Assembly (NCBI GenBank): GCA_947177215.1 | Contig: CAMWTV010000001.1 | Location: 1-37,404 of the forward strand | DNA from: an uncultured Muribaculaceae bacterium | Lineage (GTDB): Bacteria; Bacteroidota; Bacteroidia; Bacteroidales; Muribaculaceae | Length of the DNA stretch: 37,404 nt | Direction of reading: 5' to 3' | Shown: positions 1-8,675 of the stretch, one piece after another | How positions within the stretch are numbered: position 1 is the first letter of the stretch | How the letters are laid out: each line of letters begins with the position of its first letter | Position numbers and translations under genes: made by a program | The notes under the pieces: model-generated | The model's input: only the letters and a program-made list of their open reading frames with translations | Database searches by the model: none | What the model was told of the DNA's origin: nothing

Positions 1-52
1 CTCCTACGTCAGTTTAGCAAACTGGTGGTTTCAGCCACTCACCCACCTCTCC
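1..52 (-). tRNA. tRNA-Ser(GCT), 5' part (3' end runs off the window)
   Basis: Reverse complement is GGAGAGGTGGGTGAGTGGCTGAAACCACCAGTTTGCTAAACTGACGTAGGAG. It shows a D-loop (AGTGGCTGAA) and an anticodon arm CAGT-TTGCTAA-ACTG with anticodon GCT, followed by the start of a long variable arm. Confidence 0.92.
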
Positions 53-91
53 TGACACAGCTTGTTGACGGATATTCCCGTAAAAGCTTTG

Positions 92-123
92 CAAAGGTAG
101 CTTATAAAAATGAATTATGCAAA
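92..123 (-). promoter_or_regulatory. Bacteroidetes housekeeping promoter for tRNA-Ser
   Basis: Minus strand has TTTG (123-120), a 20-nt spacer, then TACCTTTG (99-92). This matches the -33 TTTG / -7 TAnnTTTG consensus. Confidence 0.8.
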
Positions 124-226
124 CATCCGACAAATTATTACACACATTTTTCTCTTTTTAGCTGTGCCGCAGGCATAGTCCATATCTTTCGCACATAAGT
201 GCGTCACAAATTTAAGCCGGTCAGGC

Positions 227-1240
227 TCATTTCCTGACCGGAATAGAGGCAAGCCACGCATACATGCGGGCATAAAGTTTCTCCCTCAGCCCCGGTGTTG
301 AAAGAAACAGGTCGTGCAGGCCGCCGTTAACCTGAATGCAGGTAACATCCGGCCCAAGCTCACGCCCGTAGCGGCTTATATCCTTCACGTCAAGCACCCC
401 GTCGGCCCGGTTATGGCGCGGACTCCATTCGGCCTCGTTGACCGATTCGCCGGAATACATCAGCAGAATCGGAATGTCGATCCGCGCCTTCCCTCCGCGA
501 AGCGATCTCTGGGCCGTATGGATGGCTCTGACCCAACCGGCAGTCACATCGGCCGACCGCCGCAGCTTCCAGTCGGTGCGGTAACGCCACTCCCCGTGGT
601 CGTCGGCCAGCAGACTCTCGGAATAGGCCGTCGACTCCCCCTGCTTTATCCTGGTGTCGGGAAACAGCTTCCCCCACCACGATATCAGAGGCACTATCCG
701 CTCTTTCCACCCCAGATTCCAGTCAAGAAACGGCGAATTGAGCACCAGCGCGTCAACCTCCGGATTATGGGTCTGCGCCATATAGTAAGCCGTTATCAGC
801 CCGCCGGTAGAGTGCCCCATGAGCACAACCTCGGCCGGATGGCCGCGGCCAATCTCCACCAGAGCCGAGTCGATGTCAGGAAAATACTCCTTGAGCGAGC
901 GACACTCGAAAAGCCGCTGACCCGCACGGATCGAACGCCCGTAACGGCGCAGATCAACGGCATAGAAATCATATCCGTGACCAACCGCCTCATCGCCAAG
1001 CTCGGGGTTGAAGAAATAGTCATTGAAACCATGCACATAGAGCATGGCCCCGCGCCTCCCGCCAACCGAGTCAGGCACAAGCTTGCGTATTATGGTCGAC
1101 ACCACAGGCCCCGAATAATCGCTCCCCTGGTCAACGGTTCTCATCTCATATCCGTCGCCGAGAATATCCGGCTCCCACCCCGCCGAGACCTGCAGGGTGG
1201 CCAGAAACACCAGAAGCGACAAAACAACTTTCAGTTTCAT
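227..1240 (-). CDS. Secreted alpha/beta hydrolase (lysophospholipase / serine aminopeptidase S33-like)
   Basis: Signal peptide, HGFNDY oxyanion motif, GHSTG nucleophile elbow, Asp in DGVLD and His in GLHDL. Confidence 0.88.
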   Translation of the reverse strand: MKLKVVLSLLVFLATLQVSAGWEPDILGDGYEMRTVDQGSDYSGPVVSTIIRKLVPDSVGGRRGAMLYVHGFNDYFFNPELGDEAVGHGYDFYAVDLRRYGRSIRAGQRLFECRSLKEYFPDIDSALVEIGRGHPAEVVLMGHSTGGLITAYYMAQTHNPEVDALVLNSPFLDWNLGWKERIVPLISWWGKLFPDTRIKQGESTAYSESLLADDHGEWRYRTDWKLRRSADVTAGWVRAIHTAQRSLRGGKARIDIPILLMYSGESVNEAEWSPRHNRADGVLDVKDISRYGRELGPDVTCIQVNGGLHDLFLSTPGLREKLYARMYAWLASIPVRK

Positions 1241-1262
1241 GACTCTGTTCTATTGCCAATCA

Positions 1263-1371
1263 TAAGTAAGTGTTCGAATTTAATTTATACAATATGCGGC
1301 AAAAAAGAAGCCGCAGATTGTGTAAAAGATTTTCGTCCACTTGCTATCGGTTAAATTTGAACTCTTACTTA
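1263..1371. mobile_element. MITE-like inverted-repeat element, copy 1 (109 bp)
   Basis: Ends TAAGTAAGTGTTCGAATTTAA...TTAAATTTGAACTCTTACTTA; near-identical to 18722-18814. Confidence 0.75.
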
Positions 1372-1977
1372 TCATAAAAGCGGCAGAAACGACGATCCCG
1401 GCGGCACATGCACCGCCTTGAAACCCATCTCCGCCCCTATCCGGCAGTTATCGGCCGAATCATCGAAAAACACCGTCTCCTCGGCACGGATGCCGAACCT
1501 CTCGATCACCTCGTTGAAGATAGCCTTGTCAGGCTTGCACACCCCCGCCTCGAACGAGGTGACAACTCCGTCGAAATAATCGTCGACCGTCAGCCCCTCC
1601 TGCCCGAAAGCACGTGTTATAGGGCCGTCCCACATTATCGGATTGGTATTTGATATAACATACAGCCGGTGCCCTTTGTTTCTGAGCTGACGCAGAGCCA
1701 CAAGGCGCTCCACCGGAATGCCGGTGATAAAAGCGTTCAGCGCATCGTCGATCTGCGCGTCGGTAACCTCGCGCGGAATATGCCGGCGCACCTCCCGCCG
1801 GAACTCGTCAGGCCCCATCGAGCCATCCTCGAGCTTCAGAAATGCCCCCTTCTGCCCATATTCGCCAAGAAAACCGGCGATATCCTCAAAACCAAGCTTC
1901 AGAAAGGCGTCAACGCAATCCTGGCGGCGGATATCGACTATCACACCGCCAAGGTCAAAAAGATAATTTGGAATCAT
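1372..1977 (-). CDS. HAD-family phosphatase (YihX-like)
   Basis: Motif I FDLGGV, motif II ISNT, CKPD, and motif IV FFDD. Confidence 0.9.
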   Translation of the reverse strand: MIPNYLFDLGGVIVDIRRQDCVDAFLKLGFEDIAGFLGEYGQKGAFLKLEDGSMGPDEFRREVRRHIPREVTDAQIDDALNAFITGIPVERLVALRQLRNKGHRLYVISNTNPIMWDGPITRAFGQEGLTVDDYFDGVVTSFEAGVCKPDKAIFNEVIERFGIRAEETVFFDDSADNCRIGAEMGFKAVHVPPGSSFLPLL

Positions 1978-1992
1978 AAAAATTTTATGGTT

Positions 1993-2991
1993 TTACGAAA
2001 CAGTCCATGTGTCGCCGGCCAGAATCATGTCGCGCAGGGCGGTGAACCCCTTGCGGGCACGCACCTCATCGGTCTGGCGACACACCTCCTCGTCATACGA
2101 CGGAGCCTCCACATCCCTGATCACCCCTACGGCCAGAGGCAGCTCCTCACCGTCCATCATGGCCAGCTGCTGATGCAGGAAGTTCGACTGGGCATGGGCG
2201 TCGTGCACAAGCACATCGTCGATAGTCCATCCGTCCTCGCCAACTGTAACAGCCTTTACCAGAAAACCGTCGCGCACAAGACCCTTCTCGTTGTTCTTTC
2301 CGAAAAGCATCTTCTCGCCGTGGCGCAGGTGGATCGTGCGGTCGGCACGCACCTCCCTGTCGGTTATGCGGTTATGGATTCCGTTGTTGAAAATCATGCA
2401 GTTCTGAAGAATCTCCACCACCGAAGCCCCCTTGTGGCGCGCGGCGGCAACCATAACTTCCTGTGAGGTGGCCAGATCCACATCAATCGTGCGGGCGAAG
2501 AAGTTTCCGCGGGCGCCGAACACCAGCTCCGCCGGAATAAACGGATCCTCGGTGGTGCCGTAAGGCGACGACTTCGACACGAACCCGCGGTCGGAAGTGG
2601 GCGAATACTGACCCTTGGTCAGACCGTAGATCTTGTTGTTGAGCAGCAGCATATTGATATCGACATTGCGGCGCACGGCATGGATGAAGTGGTTTCCGCC
2701 GATAGCCAGTCCGTCGCCGTCGCCCGAGATCTGCCACACCGTCATGGCCGGATTCGCCACCTTGAAGCCGGTAGCCACCGCGGCGGCACGCCCGTGAATG
2801 GTGTGAAACCCGAACGTGTTCATGTAATAAGGCAGGCGCGACGAGCACCCTATGCCTGAGATAACAGCTGTCATTTCAGGAGCCACACCCAAAGTGGCCA
2901 TTGCCTTGTGGAGTGAGTTGAGCACGGCATGGTCGCCGCATCCGGCACACCAGCGCACCGGCTGATCGCTCTTAAAATCCTGGGGAGTCAT
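1993..2991 (-). CDS. korB: 2-oxoacid:ferredoxin oxidoreductase beta subunit
   Basis: WCAGCGD, SGIGCSSR, HTIHGRA and the TPP-binding motif GDGD...NN. Confidence 0.95.
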   Translation of the reverse strand: MTPQDFKSDQPVRWCAGCGDHAVLNSLHKAMATLGVAPEMTAVISGIGCSSRLPYYMNTFGFHTIHGRAAAVATGFKVANPAMTVWQISGDGDGLAIGGNHFIHAVRRNVDINMLLLNNKIYGLTKGQYSPTSDRGFVSKSSPYGTTEDPFIPAELVFGARGNFFARTIDVDLATSQEVMVAAARHKGASVVEILQNCMIFNNGIHNRITDREVRADRTIHLRHGEKMLFGKNNEKGLVRDGFLVKAVTVGEDGWTIDDVLVHDAHAQSNFLHQQLAMMDGEELPLAVGVIRDVEAPSYDEEVCRQTDEVRARKGFTALRDMILAGDTWTVS

Positions 2992-3015
2992 AATATCTTG
3001 ATGTTATGAGACTTT

Positions 3016-4872
3016 TCAAAGATGTGATTTAACGCCTTCTACTATTTCCGACACGAGGAAAGGCTGGCCCTCGGTTTTATTGATGCGGCATATCTCCACA
3101 TGCGGGAAACGCGCCTGCAGATAATCGGCAAACTGCCCGGTGTTCAGTTCGGCAACGATAACCCGCTTGTAGCGCGAAAGAATCTCGCCCGTGTTGGCCG
3201 GCAGAGGACTGATGTAGCGGAACTGGGCCAGCGCCACAGCTATCCCCTGGCGGTTAAGCTCCTCGGCGGCAGTGTAAAGATGGCCGAACGTGCCCCCCCA
3301 CCCCACAAGCAGGGTTTCCGCCTCCGGCGAGTCGCAAAGCACCTTCTGCAGAGGTATGTCGGCTGCCACACGCTCAATCTTCTCACGGCGTATCTCCACC
3401 ATGCGGGCATGGTTGGCCGGATCGGTCGAGATGGCCCCGGTCTTGACATCCTTTTCAAGCCCACCCAGACGGTGAGGCAGCGCATCGCGGCCGGGAATTG
3501 CCCAGTAACGGGCAAGCGTATCGTCGCGGCGCATATATGCTCTCCAACCTTCACGCAGTTCTTCAGGCACATAAGGCACCTTTATCTCCGGATAATCCGA
3601 AGCCTCGGGCACACGCCATGCCGACGAGCCGTTACCTATGAAAGCGTCCGACAACAGAATCACCGGCGTCATATGCTCGATCGCTATACGCGAAGCCTCG
3701 AAAGCCATGTCAAAACAGTTTTTGGGCGATGTCGGAGCCACCACAACCAGCGGCGACTCACCGTTGCGCCCGTAAAGGGCCTGGTTCAGGTCGGTCTGCT
3801 CGGTTTTGGTAGGCAGACCTGTCGAGGGGCCTCCGCGCTGCACATCTATCACAACCAGCGGCAGTTCGGCCATCACAGCCAGGCCGATAGCCTCACCTTT
3901 TAGAGCCAGGCCGGGCCCAGAAGTCGATGTCACGCCGAGCGAGCCGGCAAACGACGCGCCTATGGCCGAGCAAACGCCCGCTATCTCATCTTCCATCTGG
4001 CAGGCCTTGACCCCCAGATCCTTACGTTTGGCAAGCTCATGCAATATATCCGTAGCCGGAGTTATGGGATAGCTTCCGAGGAAAAGCGGACGTCCCGACT
4101 TCTCCGAAGCCATTATAAGCCCCCATGCCGTGGCCTCGTTACCCTTGATGTCGGTATATACTCCCGGCACAATCTCGTCGGTGTCTATACGGAAAGTCGA
4201 CACCGTGGCATGGATGTTGTGGCCATAGTCATAGCCGGCGCGGAGCACCTTCGAGTTGGCCTCGAACACCGCAGGTTTCTTCGCGAATTTCTCACGCAGC
4301 ATTTTGCGCGCGCCCTCCTCCGGACGGTCAAACAGCCAGCAGAGCAGCCCCAGCACAAATATGTTGCGGCATTTCATCATAGCCTTGTTGTCCATCCCCG
4401 AGTCTTCGAGCGCGGCCTTGGTCTGCGATGTCACAGGCACCTCCACCACCTGGGCGGTGATCCCCAGCTCGGCGATGGCGTTGTCGGTCTCGAACTTCGC
4501 CTTTCTCAGGCCATCCTCCTTGAACGAGTCCGTATCGATGATAATCACACCTCCCGGTTTCAGAAACTTATAGCCCTGTTTGAGTGCCGCCGGATTCATC
4601 GCGACAAGCACATCACACTGGTCGCCGGGAGTGTGCACATTGCACCCCACACTGACCTGAAAGCCGCTGACACCCCCGAGCGAGCCTTGCGGGGCGCGGA
4701 TTTCAGCGGGATAGTCGGGAAATGTCGACACGGAGTTTCCAAGGGCGGCCGAAACATTTGTAAAAATGTTGCCGGCAAGTTGCATTCCGTCGCCGGAATC
4801 GCCCGAAAAGCGCACCACAACCTTTTCAAGTGAGCGCACACGTGCTGGAGCAGAGGTTTCCATGCTGTTCAT
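3016..4872 (-). CDS. korA: 2-oxoacid:acceptor oxidoreductase alpha subunit (start at ATG 4872 or 4863)
   Basis: SGDSGDGMQL, YPITPA, EDEIA, TSGPG and QRGGPSTGLPT motifs; adjacent to korB. Confidence 0.95.
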   Translation of the reverse strand: MNSMETSAPARVRSLEKVVVRFSGDSGDGMQLAGNIFTNVSAALGNSVSTFPDYPAEIRAPQGSLGGVSGFQVSVGCNVHTPGDQCDVLVAMNPAALKQGYKFLKPGGVIIIDTDSFKEDGLRKAKFETDNAIAELGITAQVVEVPVTSQTKAALEDSGMDNKAMMKCRNIFVLGLLCWLFDRPEEGARKMLREKFAKKPAVFEANSKVLRAGYDYGHNIHATVSTFRIDTDEIVPGVYTDIKGNEATAWGLIMASEKSGRPLFLGSYPITPATDILHELAKRKDLGVKACQMEDEIAGVCSAIGASFAGSLGVTSTSGPGLALKGEAIGLAVMAELPLVVIDVQRGGPSTGLPTKTEQTDLNQALYGRNGESPLVVVAPTSPKNCFDMAFEASRIAIEHMTPVILLSDAFIGNGSSAWRVPEASDYPEIKVPYVPEELREGWRAYMRRDDTLARYWAIPGRDALPHRLGGLEKDVKTGAISTDPANHARMVEIRREKIERVAADIPLQKVLCDSPEAETLLVGWGGTFGHLYTAAEELNRQGIAVALAQFRYISPLPANTGEILSRYKRVIVAELNTGQFADYLQARFPHVEICRINKTEGQPFLVSEIVEGVKSHL

Positions 4873-4940
4873 GATATTATGGATATATGCAGAATATATG
4901 TATAGTCGTCGGTTCACACCCCCTCAGGGTGTAGTCGCGG

Positions 4941-4972
4941 CAAAGATAAGCCTTTTTTATATAAGAACCAAA
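4941..4972 (-). promoter_or_regulatory. Promoter of korAB operon
   Basis: Minus strand TTTG (4972-4969), 20-nt spacer, TATCTTTG (4948-4941). Confidence 0.75.
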
Positions 4973-4981
4973 CGAAATATC

Positions 4982-5022
4982 CACGCCGTCGCCTGCTGTG
5001 CAACAGGAAATCCAACGGCGGT
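4982..5022 (-). terminator. Probable terminator hairpin after WYL gene
   Basis: Minus strand outer stem CGCCGTTG/CGACGGCG encloses inner stem CCTGTT/AGCAGG (both with G-U pairs), followed by ATATTTCGTTT. Confidence 0.45.
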
Positions 5023-5065
5023 GAATCTGCATAAACCTCACGGGCGCGAACGCGGCGTTTGTCTG

Positions 5066-5956
5066 TCAGTCATATGCCTCGAGAGCGGCCTTCAGGTCAG
5101 CCTTCACCATGGTTTTGAGCTCCGGCGGCGAAAGCACAGTTATGCGCGGCCCGTGACTGAGCAGTTCGGCCACGAAATCGGAGGTTATGCGCAGGCGGTA
5201 GGTGAAAACCGAATAACGGTCGTTGACCATCTCCTGCTGAGACTTGTGCAGCGGCAGGGCGCGGAAATACTTGGCCTGACGGGCCTCCACCTTGATCTTT
5301 ACCGTTTTCGGCTCACCCTGCGTCACCATCACACCAAACGAATCACGGAAATATTCAACCGGATCAGCATCGGCCGGCGGAGTGAAGCCATCGGGCAGAA
5401 TCTTGAGGTCTGACATGCGGTCAAGCGAATAGGTCTTGACCTTGTTTTCAGCCACATTACGCCCCGTGACATACCACAGCTGGCGGTGGATGCGCAGAAA
5501 ATAAGGCTCTATCACCACCCCGCGCGAAGGCTGCGAACGTGTGTATGAATGATAGTCGAACTGCAGCTGATGGTTCATGCGCAAGGCATCTATCACCGGG
5601 GCAAGGAACTCGCGGGCCGATGGCACATCCTCAAGCAGAATCTTCCCCGCCACATCGCGCGATCCCTGGAGCACACTGCTTGTGGCCGACGAGTTCAGCA
5701 GCCAGTCGGTTATATTCCCCTTGTCAGGCTCCACGATATAATATTCATAGGTCGACGGATCACACTCTATCGACAGCGAGAAAAGCTCCTCGATGGCATG
5801 ACGGTAGTTGAAAAACGTGCGCCGCGGAATAGCCGTCTCACCGTTGCCGTAAGGCGACCGGCGCCAGCACTCGTCAAGCTCCCTGCGCGAAATGCGCCCG
5901 TAGCGGCGGATGGTGTCGATAATCCAGATATAGCGGTTGAGCAGATCTTTGGCCAT
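5066..5956 (-). CDS. WYL-domain transcriptional regulator (wHTH-WYL-WCX)
   Basis: N-terminal RYIWIIDTI...RRTF HTH; IEPYFL...WYVTG...YSLDRM WYL core; C-terminal LLSHGPRITVLSPPEL WCX region. Confidence 0.9.
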   Translation of the reverse strand: MAKDLLNRYIWIIDTIRRYGRISRRELDECWRRSPYGNGETAIPRRTFFNYRHAIEELFSLSIECDPSTYEYYIVEPDKGNITDWLLNSSATSSVLQGSRDVAGKILLEDVPSAREFLAPVIDALRMNHQLQFDYHSYTRSQPSRGVVIEPYFLRIHRQLWYVTGRNVAENKVKTYSLDRMSDLKILPDGFTPPADADPVEYFRDSFGVMVTQGEPKTVKIKVEARQAKYFRALPLHKSQQEMVNDRYSVFTYRLRITSDFVAELLSHGPRITVLSPPELKTMVKADLKAALEAYD

Positions 5957-5962
5957 GGCTTA

Positions 5963-7039
5963 TCATTCAGACTTAGGCACACCCACAGCCCTCACTATCG
6001 TGATCGGGTTCTCCGGATCGTTGGCTATCACCTGTATGCGGGCGTTGAGCAGGGGCGAAGGCAGCTCGGCAGGGTTCACCGTCACTTTCACCAGCCCCGT
6101 CTTCCCCTTCTTTATCTTCATCGTCTCGGCCTCGACGGTCACTCCGGGGTCAATGGTGTAGACACGGCGCAGAAGCAGGTCGCTCTTGCCCTGGTTCTCT
6201 ATCGGGAAAGTGCGCGTTATAGGCCCCGCATCGGCCGGAAACTCGCCGAAATCCACACGGCTGTCGTCAATCTTTATAACCGGAGCCTTTTCACGCTGTC
6301 CGGGCGTGAGAAGCGAGAAATCCTCTTCGAGAATGGCCGTGACATCAACCTTCACCCGGTCGGCGCCGTCGGTCAGCGTCAGCGAGTCGGTCAGAATCCC
6401 GTAGAGCGACGTCTCGGTCGGTGTCAGCACAAGCGAATACACCACCTGCTCTCCCGCCGGAATGGTATCGGCCGACGAGGCCACCCTCATGTAGCCGGGC
6501 ACATCTTCCCACCGGGGCACCACAGGCGCCGACGACGCGTTGTAAACCTCGACAAAAGCCGATTTGGCTTTACCCTTCAGCACCGTACCGAAAGGCACCG
6601 AGGTGGTGCGCAGTTTCAGGTTGCCCGCTTCCACCGGATAACGCGACCGCAATGTGTTCGACGACCCGATCACCACACCCTTGATCACAAGGCTCTGGCG
6701 CGGCCCGGCGCCACCCCCGGCTATATCCATGGTCACAGTTTTCGAAAAACGCCCCGGGCGCCCAGTCGGGTTGAACGCCACCTTGACAACACCCGTGTCG
6801 CCCGGTTCGATCGGGGTTTTCGTAAACGACGGGGTAGTGCAGCCACACGAAGCCCGCGCGGCGCGGATAGTCACAGCCTCGTCGCCGCGGTTCACGAACA
6901 TGAACTCACACCCCACCTTCCCGTCATCCTCTCTGAAAGCGCCGAAATCGTGAGTGGTTTTAAGCCACTCCACCCGGGCCGGAACCTGAAAGGCCAACGC
7001 AAGCGCGACCAGCGCGCCCGCCAAACGCAGTTTTCTCAT
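5963..7039 (-). CDS. DUF1573 multi-Ig-domain exported protein (start ATG 7039)
   Basis: Signal peptide MRKLRLAGALVALAL, then HDFG...ASCGCT...GRPGRFSK; ATGA overlap with the upstream gene. Confidence 0.85.
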   Translation of the reverse strand: MRKLRLAGALVALALAFQVPARVEWLKTTHDFGAFREDDGKVGCEFMFVNRGDEAVTIRAARASCGCTTPSFTKTPIEPGDTGVVKVAFNPTGRPGRFSKTVTMDIAGGGAGPRQSLVIKGVVIGSSNTLRSRYPVEAGNLKLRTTSVPFGTVLKGKAKSAFVEVYNASSAPVVPRWEDVPGYMRVASSADTIPAGEQVVYSLVLTPTETSLYGILTDSLTLTDGADRVKVDVTAILEEDFSLLTPGQREKAPVIKIDDSRVDFGEFPADAGPITRTFPIENQGKSDLLLRRVYTIDPGVTVEAETMKIKKGKTGLVKVTVNPAELPSPLLNARIQVIANDPENPITIVRAVGVPKSE

Positions 7040-7452
7040 TGTGCCGGATTTACAAAACCTTTTATTTTCAGTGTCACTTTCTTCTGCTTCCTGGCGTTGG
7101 TCTTCACCGTGACTGTCTTGGTGAATTCGCCCGGACGCCCCTCCGGAAGATACGTAACCTTTATCTTCCCGGTTTTCCCCGCGGCCACAGGCTTTTTGGG
7201 ATAATCGGGACGTGTGCAGCCACACGAAGCCGTGGCGTTTACAATCATCAGAGGCGCGTTGCCCGTGTTGGTAAACGTGAACTCATGGCTCACAGGGCCA
7301 CCCTTCTCGGCTATCGTTCCGAAATCGTGCGACACCTCGGCAAACTCTATCGCCGCCCCGTCGGCTTTGGCCTTGGCCTCACCTTCTCCATACGCTGTGA
7401 GCGAGCCTGACACAAGCAGAGCCGTCCCGGCCAGTATTTTCATCAGTTTCAT
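7036..7452 (-). CDS. DUF1573 single-domain exported protein
   Basis: Signal peptide; HDFGTI...FTNTGNAPL...ASCGCT...GRPGEFTKTVTV. Confidence 0.88.
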   Translation of the reverse strand: MKLMKILAGTALLVSGSLTAYGEGEAKAKADGAAIEFAEVSHDFGTIAEKGGPVSHEFTFTNTGNAPLMIVNATASCGCTRPDYPKKPVAAGKTGKIKVTYLPEGRPGEFTKTVTVKTNARKQKKVTLKIKGFVNPAQ

Positions 7453-7461
7453 ATCCGTTGT

Positions 7462-8499
7462 TTATTGCTGTTTACGGTTTTTGCCCGCCAGCATGCCGCA
7501 GGCGGCCATTATATCTTCTCCACGCGAGGCGCGTATTGTGGCGGTTATACCCATGGCGTTGAGCGAGTCGCGGAAACGCTCCATAACCTCAGCCGAAGGT
7601 GCCGTCAGATCCGATCCGGGAATAGCATGGAAACGGATCAGGTTCACACGGCAGTCAAGTCCGCGCAGCAGCCGCGCAAGCTCCTGACAGTGACGCCGGT
7701 CATCGTTAACCCCCTTGAACATTATATATTCAAACGACAGGCGCCTTTGATGCGAGAAATCATATTCCTTCAGAAGCGCTATCACATCCTTTATCGGAAA
7801 AGCCTTCTCTACCGGCATAAGCCCCATCCGCTCGCCGGGATAAGGCGAATGGATCGACACCGCTATGTGCACCTTGGTCTCGTCAAGCAGCACACGCAGC
7901 TCGCGCAGCTTCCCTATGGTGCTGACGGTTATGCGCTTCGGGCTCCACGCCAGCCCCCATTCCGACGTCAGTATCGAGATCGCGTCAAGCACCGGGGCCA
8001 GATTGTCGAGAGGCTCACCCATACCCATAAACACAAGGTTGGTCAGATTCTCGCTGCCGGGCACCGACAGCACCTGGTTGATTATGCCGGCTGCCGTCAG
8101 CGAACCGTGGAAACCCTGCCGCCCCGTCATGCAGAACGAGCAGTTCATCCTGCATCCGGCCTGCGACGACACACACAGCGTGGCCCTGTCGCGGTCGGGG
8201 ATATACACGCTCTCGATGTCGCGGTCGCCCACGCCACGGAAAAGATACTTGGCCGTGCCGTCGACGCTCAGAGCCTCGGCCACCGGGGCCTCGCGACCCA
8301 CAACGAAACCATGCTCCCGGAGCGAGGCTCTGGCCCGCTTCGACAGGTCTGTCATAGCGTCTGTGTCCGTAACCCTCTTCACATAAAGCCACTGCGCCAT
8401 CTGCCTGGCGCTGAACGAAGGCATGCCACACTCCGAGGCCACCTTTCTCAGCCCCTCGAGAGTCAGCCCTATCAGCGGCTGCGATTCAAATTCTGCCAT
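7462..8499 (-). CDS. rlmN: 23S rRNA (adenine2503-C2) methyltransferase RlmN (start probably ATG 8499)
   Basis: Radical SAM CRMNCSFC, MGMGEP, and C-terminal RGEDIMAACGML. Confidence 0.95.
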   Translation of the reverse strand: MAEFESQPLIGLTLEGLRKVASECGMPSFSARQMAQWLYVKRVTDTDAMTDLSKRARASLREHGFVVGREAPVAEALSVDGTAKYLFRGVGDRDIESVYIPDRDRATLCVSSQAGCRMNCSFCMTGRQGFHGSLTAAGIINQVLSVPGSENLTNLVFMGMGEPLDNLAPVLDAISILTSEWGLAWSPKRITVSTIGKLRELRVLLDETKVHIAVSIHSPYPGERMGLMPVEKAFPIKDVIALLKEYDFSHQRRLSFEYIMFKGVNDDRRHCQELARLLRGLDCRVNLIRFHAIPGSDLTAPSAEVMERFRDSLNAMGITATIRASRGEDIMAACGMLAGKNRKQQ

Positions 8500-8554
8500 A
8501 TCGAAATCAATAACACACAACACGGGCAACTTGTTTGCCCATGTCAATCCGACA

Positions 8555-8629
8555 CAAAGTTAGCAAAATTTTCCGCAACACACTTTTCACCTCGGATAAT
8601 TGTTAATTATCAGAGATTAATTAACTTTG
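8555..8629. promoter_or_regulatory. Divergent promoters for rlmN (-) and polA (+)
   Basis: TAACTTTG on the minus strand at 8562-8555 and on the plus strand at 8622-8629. Confidence 0.7.
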
Positions 8630-8675
8630 TGAATTAATGATTTTTTAGCTCTGTCTCTCTCTCCCACCAAAGTCC

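Noticed and set aside
1-52. tRNA-Ser as the integration site of an island in this window
   Set aside because: The tRNA 3' end points out of the window; no integrase or att duplicate is seen, and adjacent genes are housekeeping.
1259-1377. ATCATAA on both sides of element copy 1 as a 7-bp target duplication
   Set aside because: It is asymmetric relative to the TIRs and has no equivalent directly flanking copy 2; a TA duplication fits both copies.
7040-7225. Upstream extensions of ORF-track calls (DUF1573 to 7225, korA to 4917, TIGR02757 from 14660, SemiSWEET from 15315, GtaA-like to 28610)
   Set aside because: They overlap neighbouring genes or 5' leader regions; downstream ATGs give proper signal peptides, family-like N-termini or ATGA coupling.
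8547-8574. Similarity of ATCCGACACAAAGTTAGCAAAATTTTCC to 31104-31132
   Set aside because: Both are the reverse complement of the extended Bacteroidetes -7 promoter context, so shared consensus explains it.
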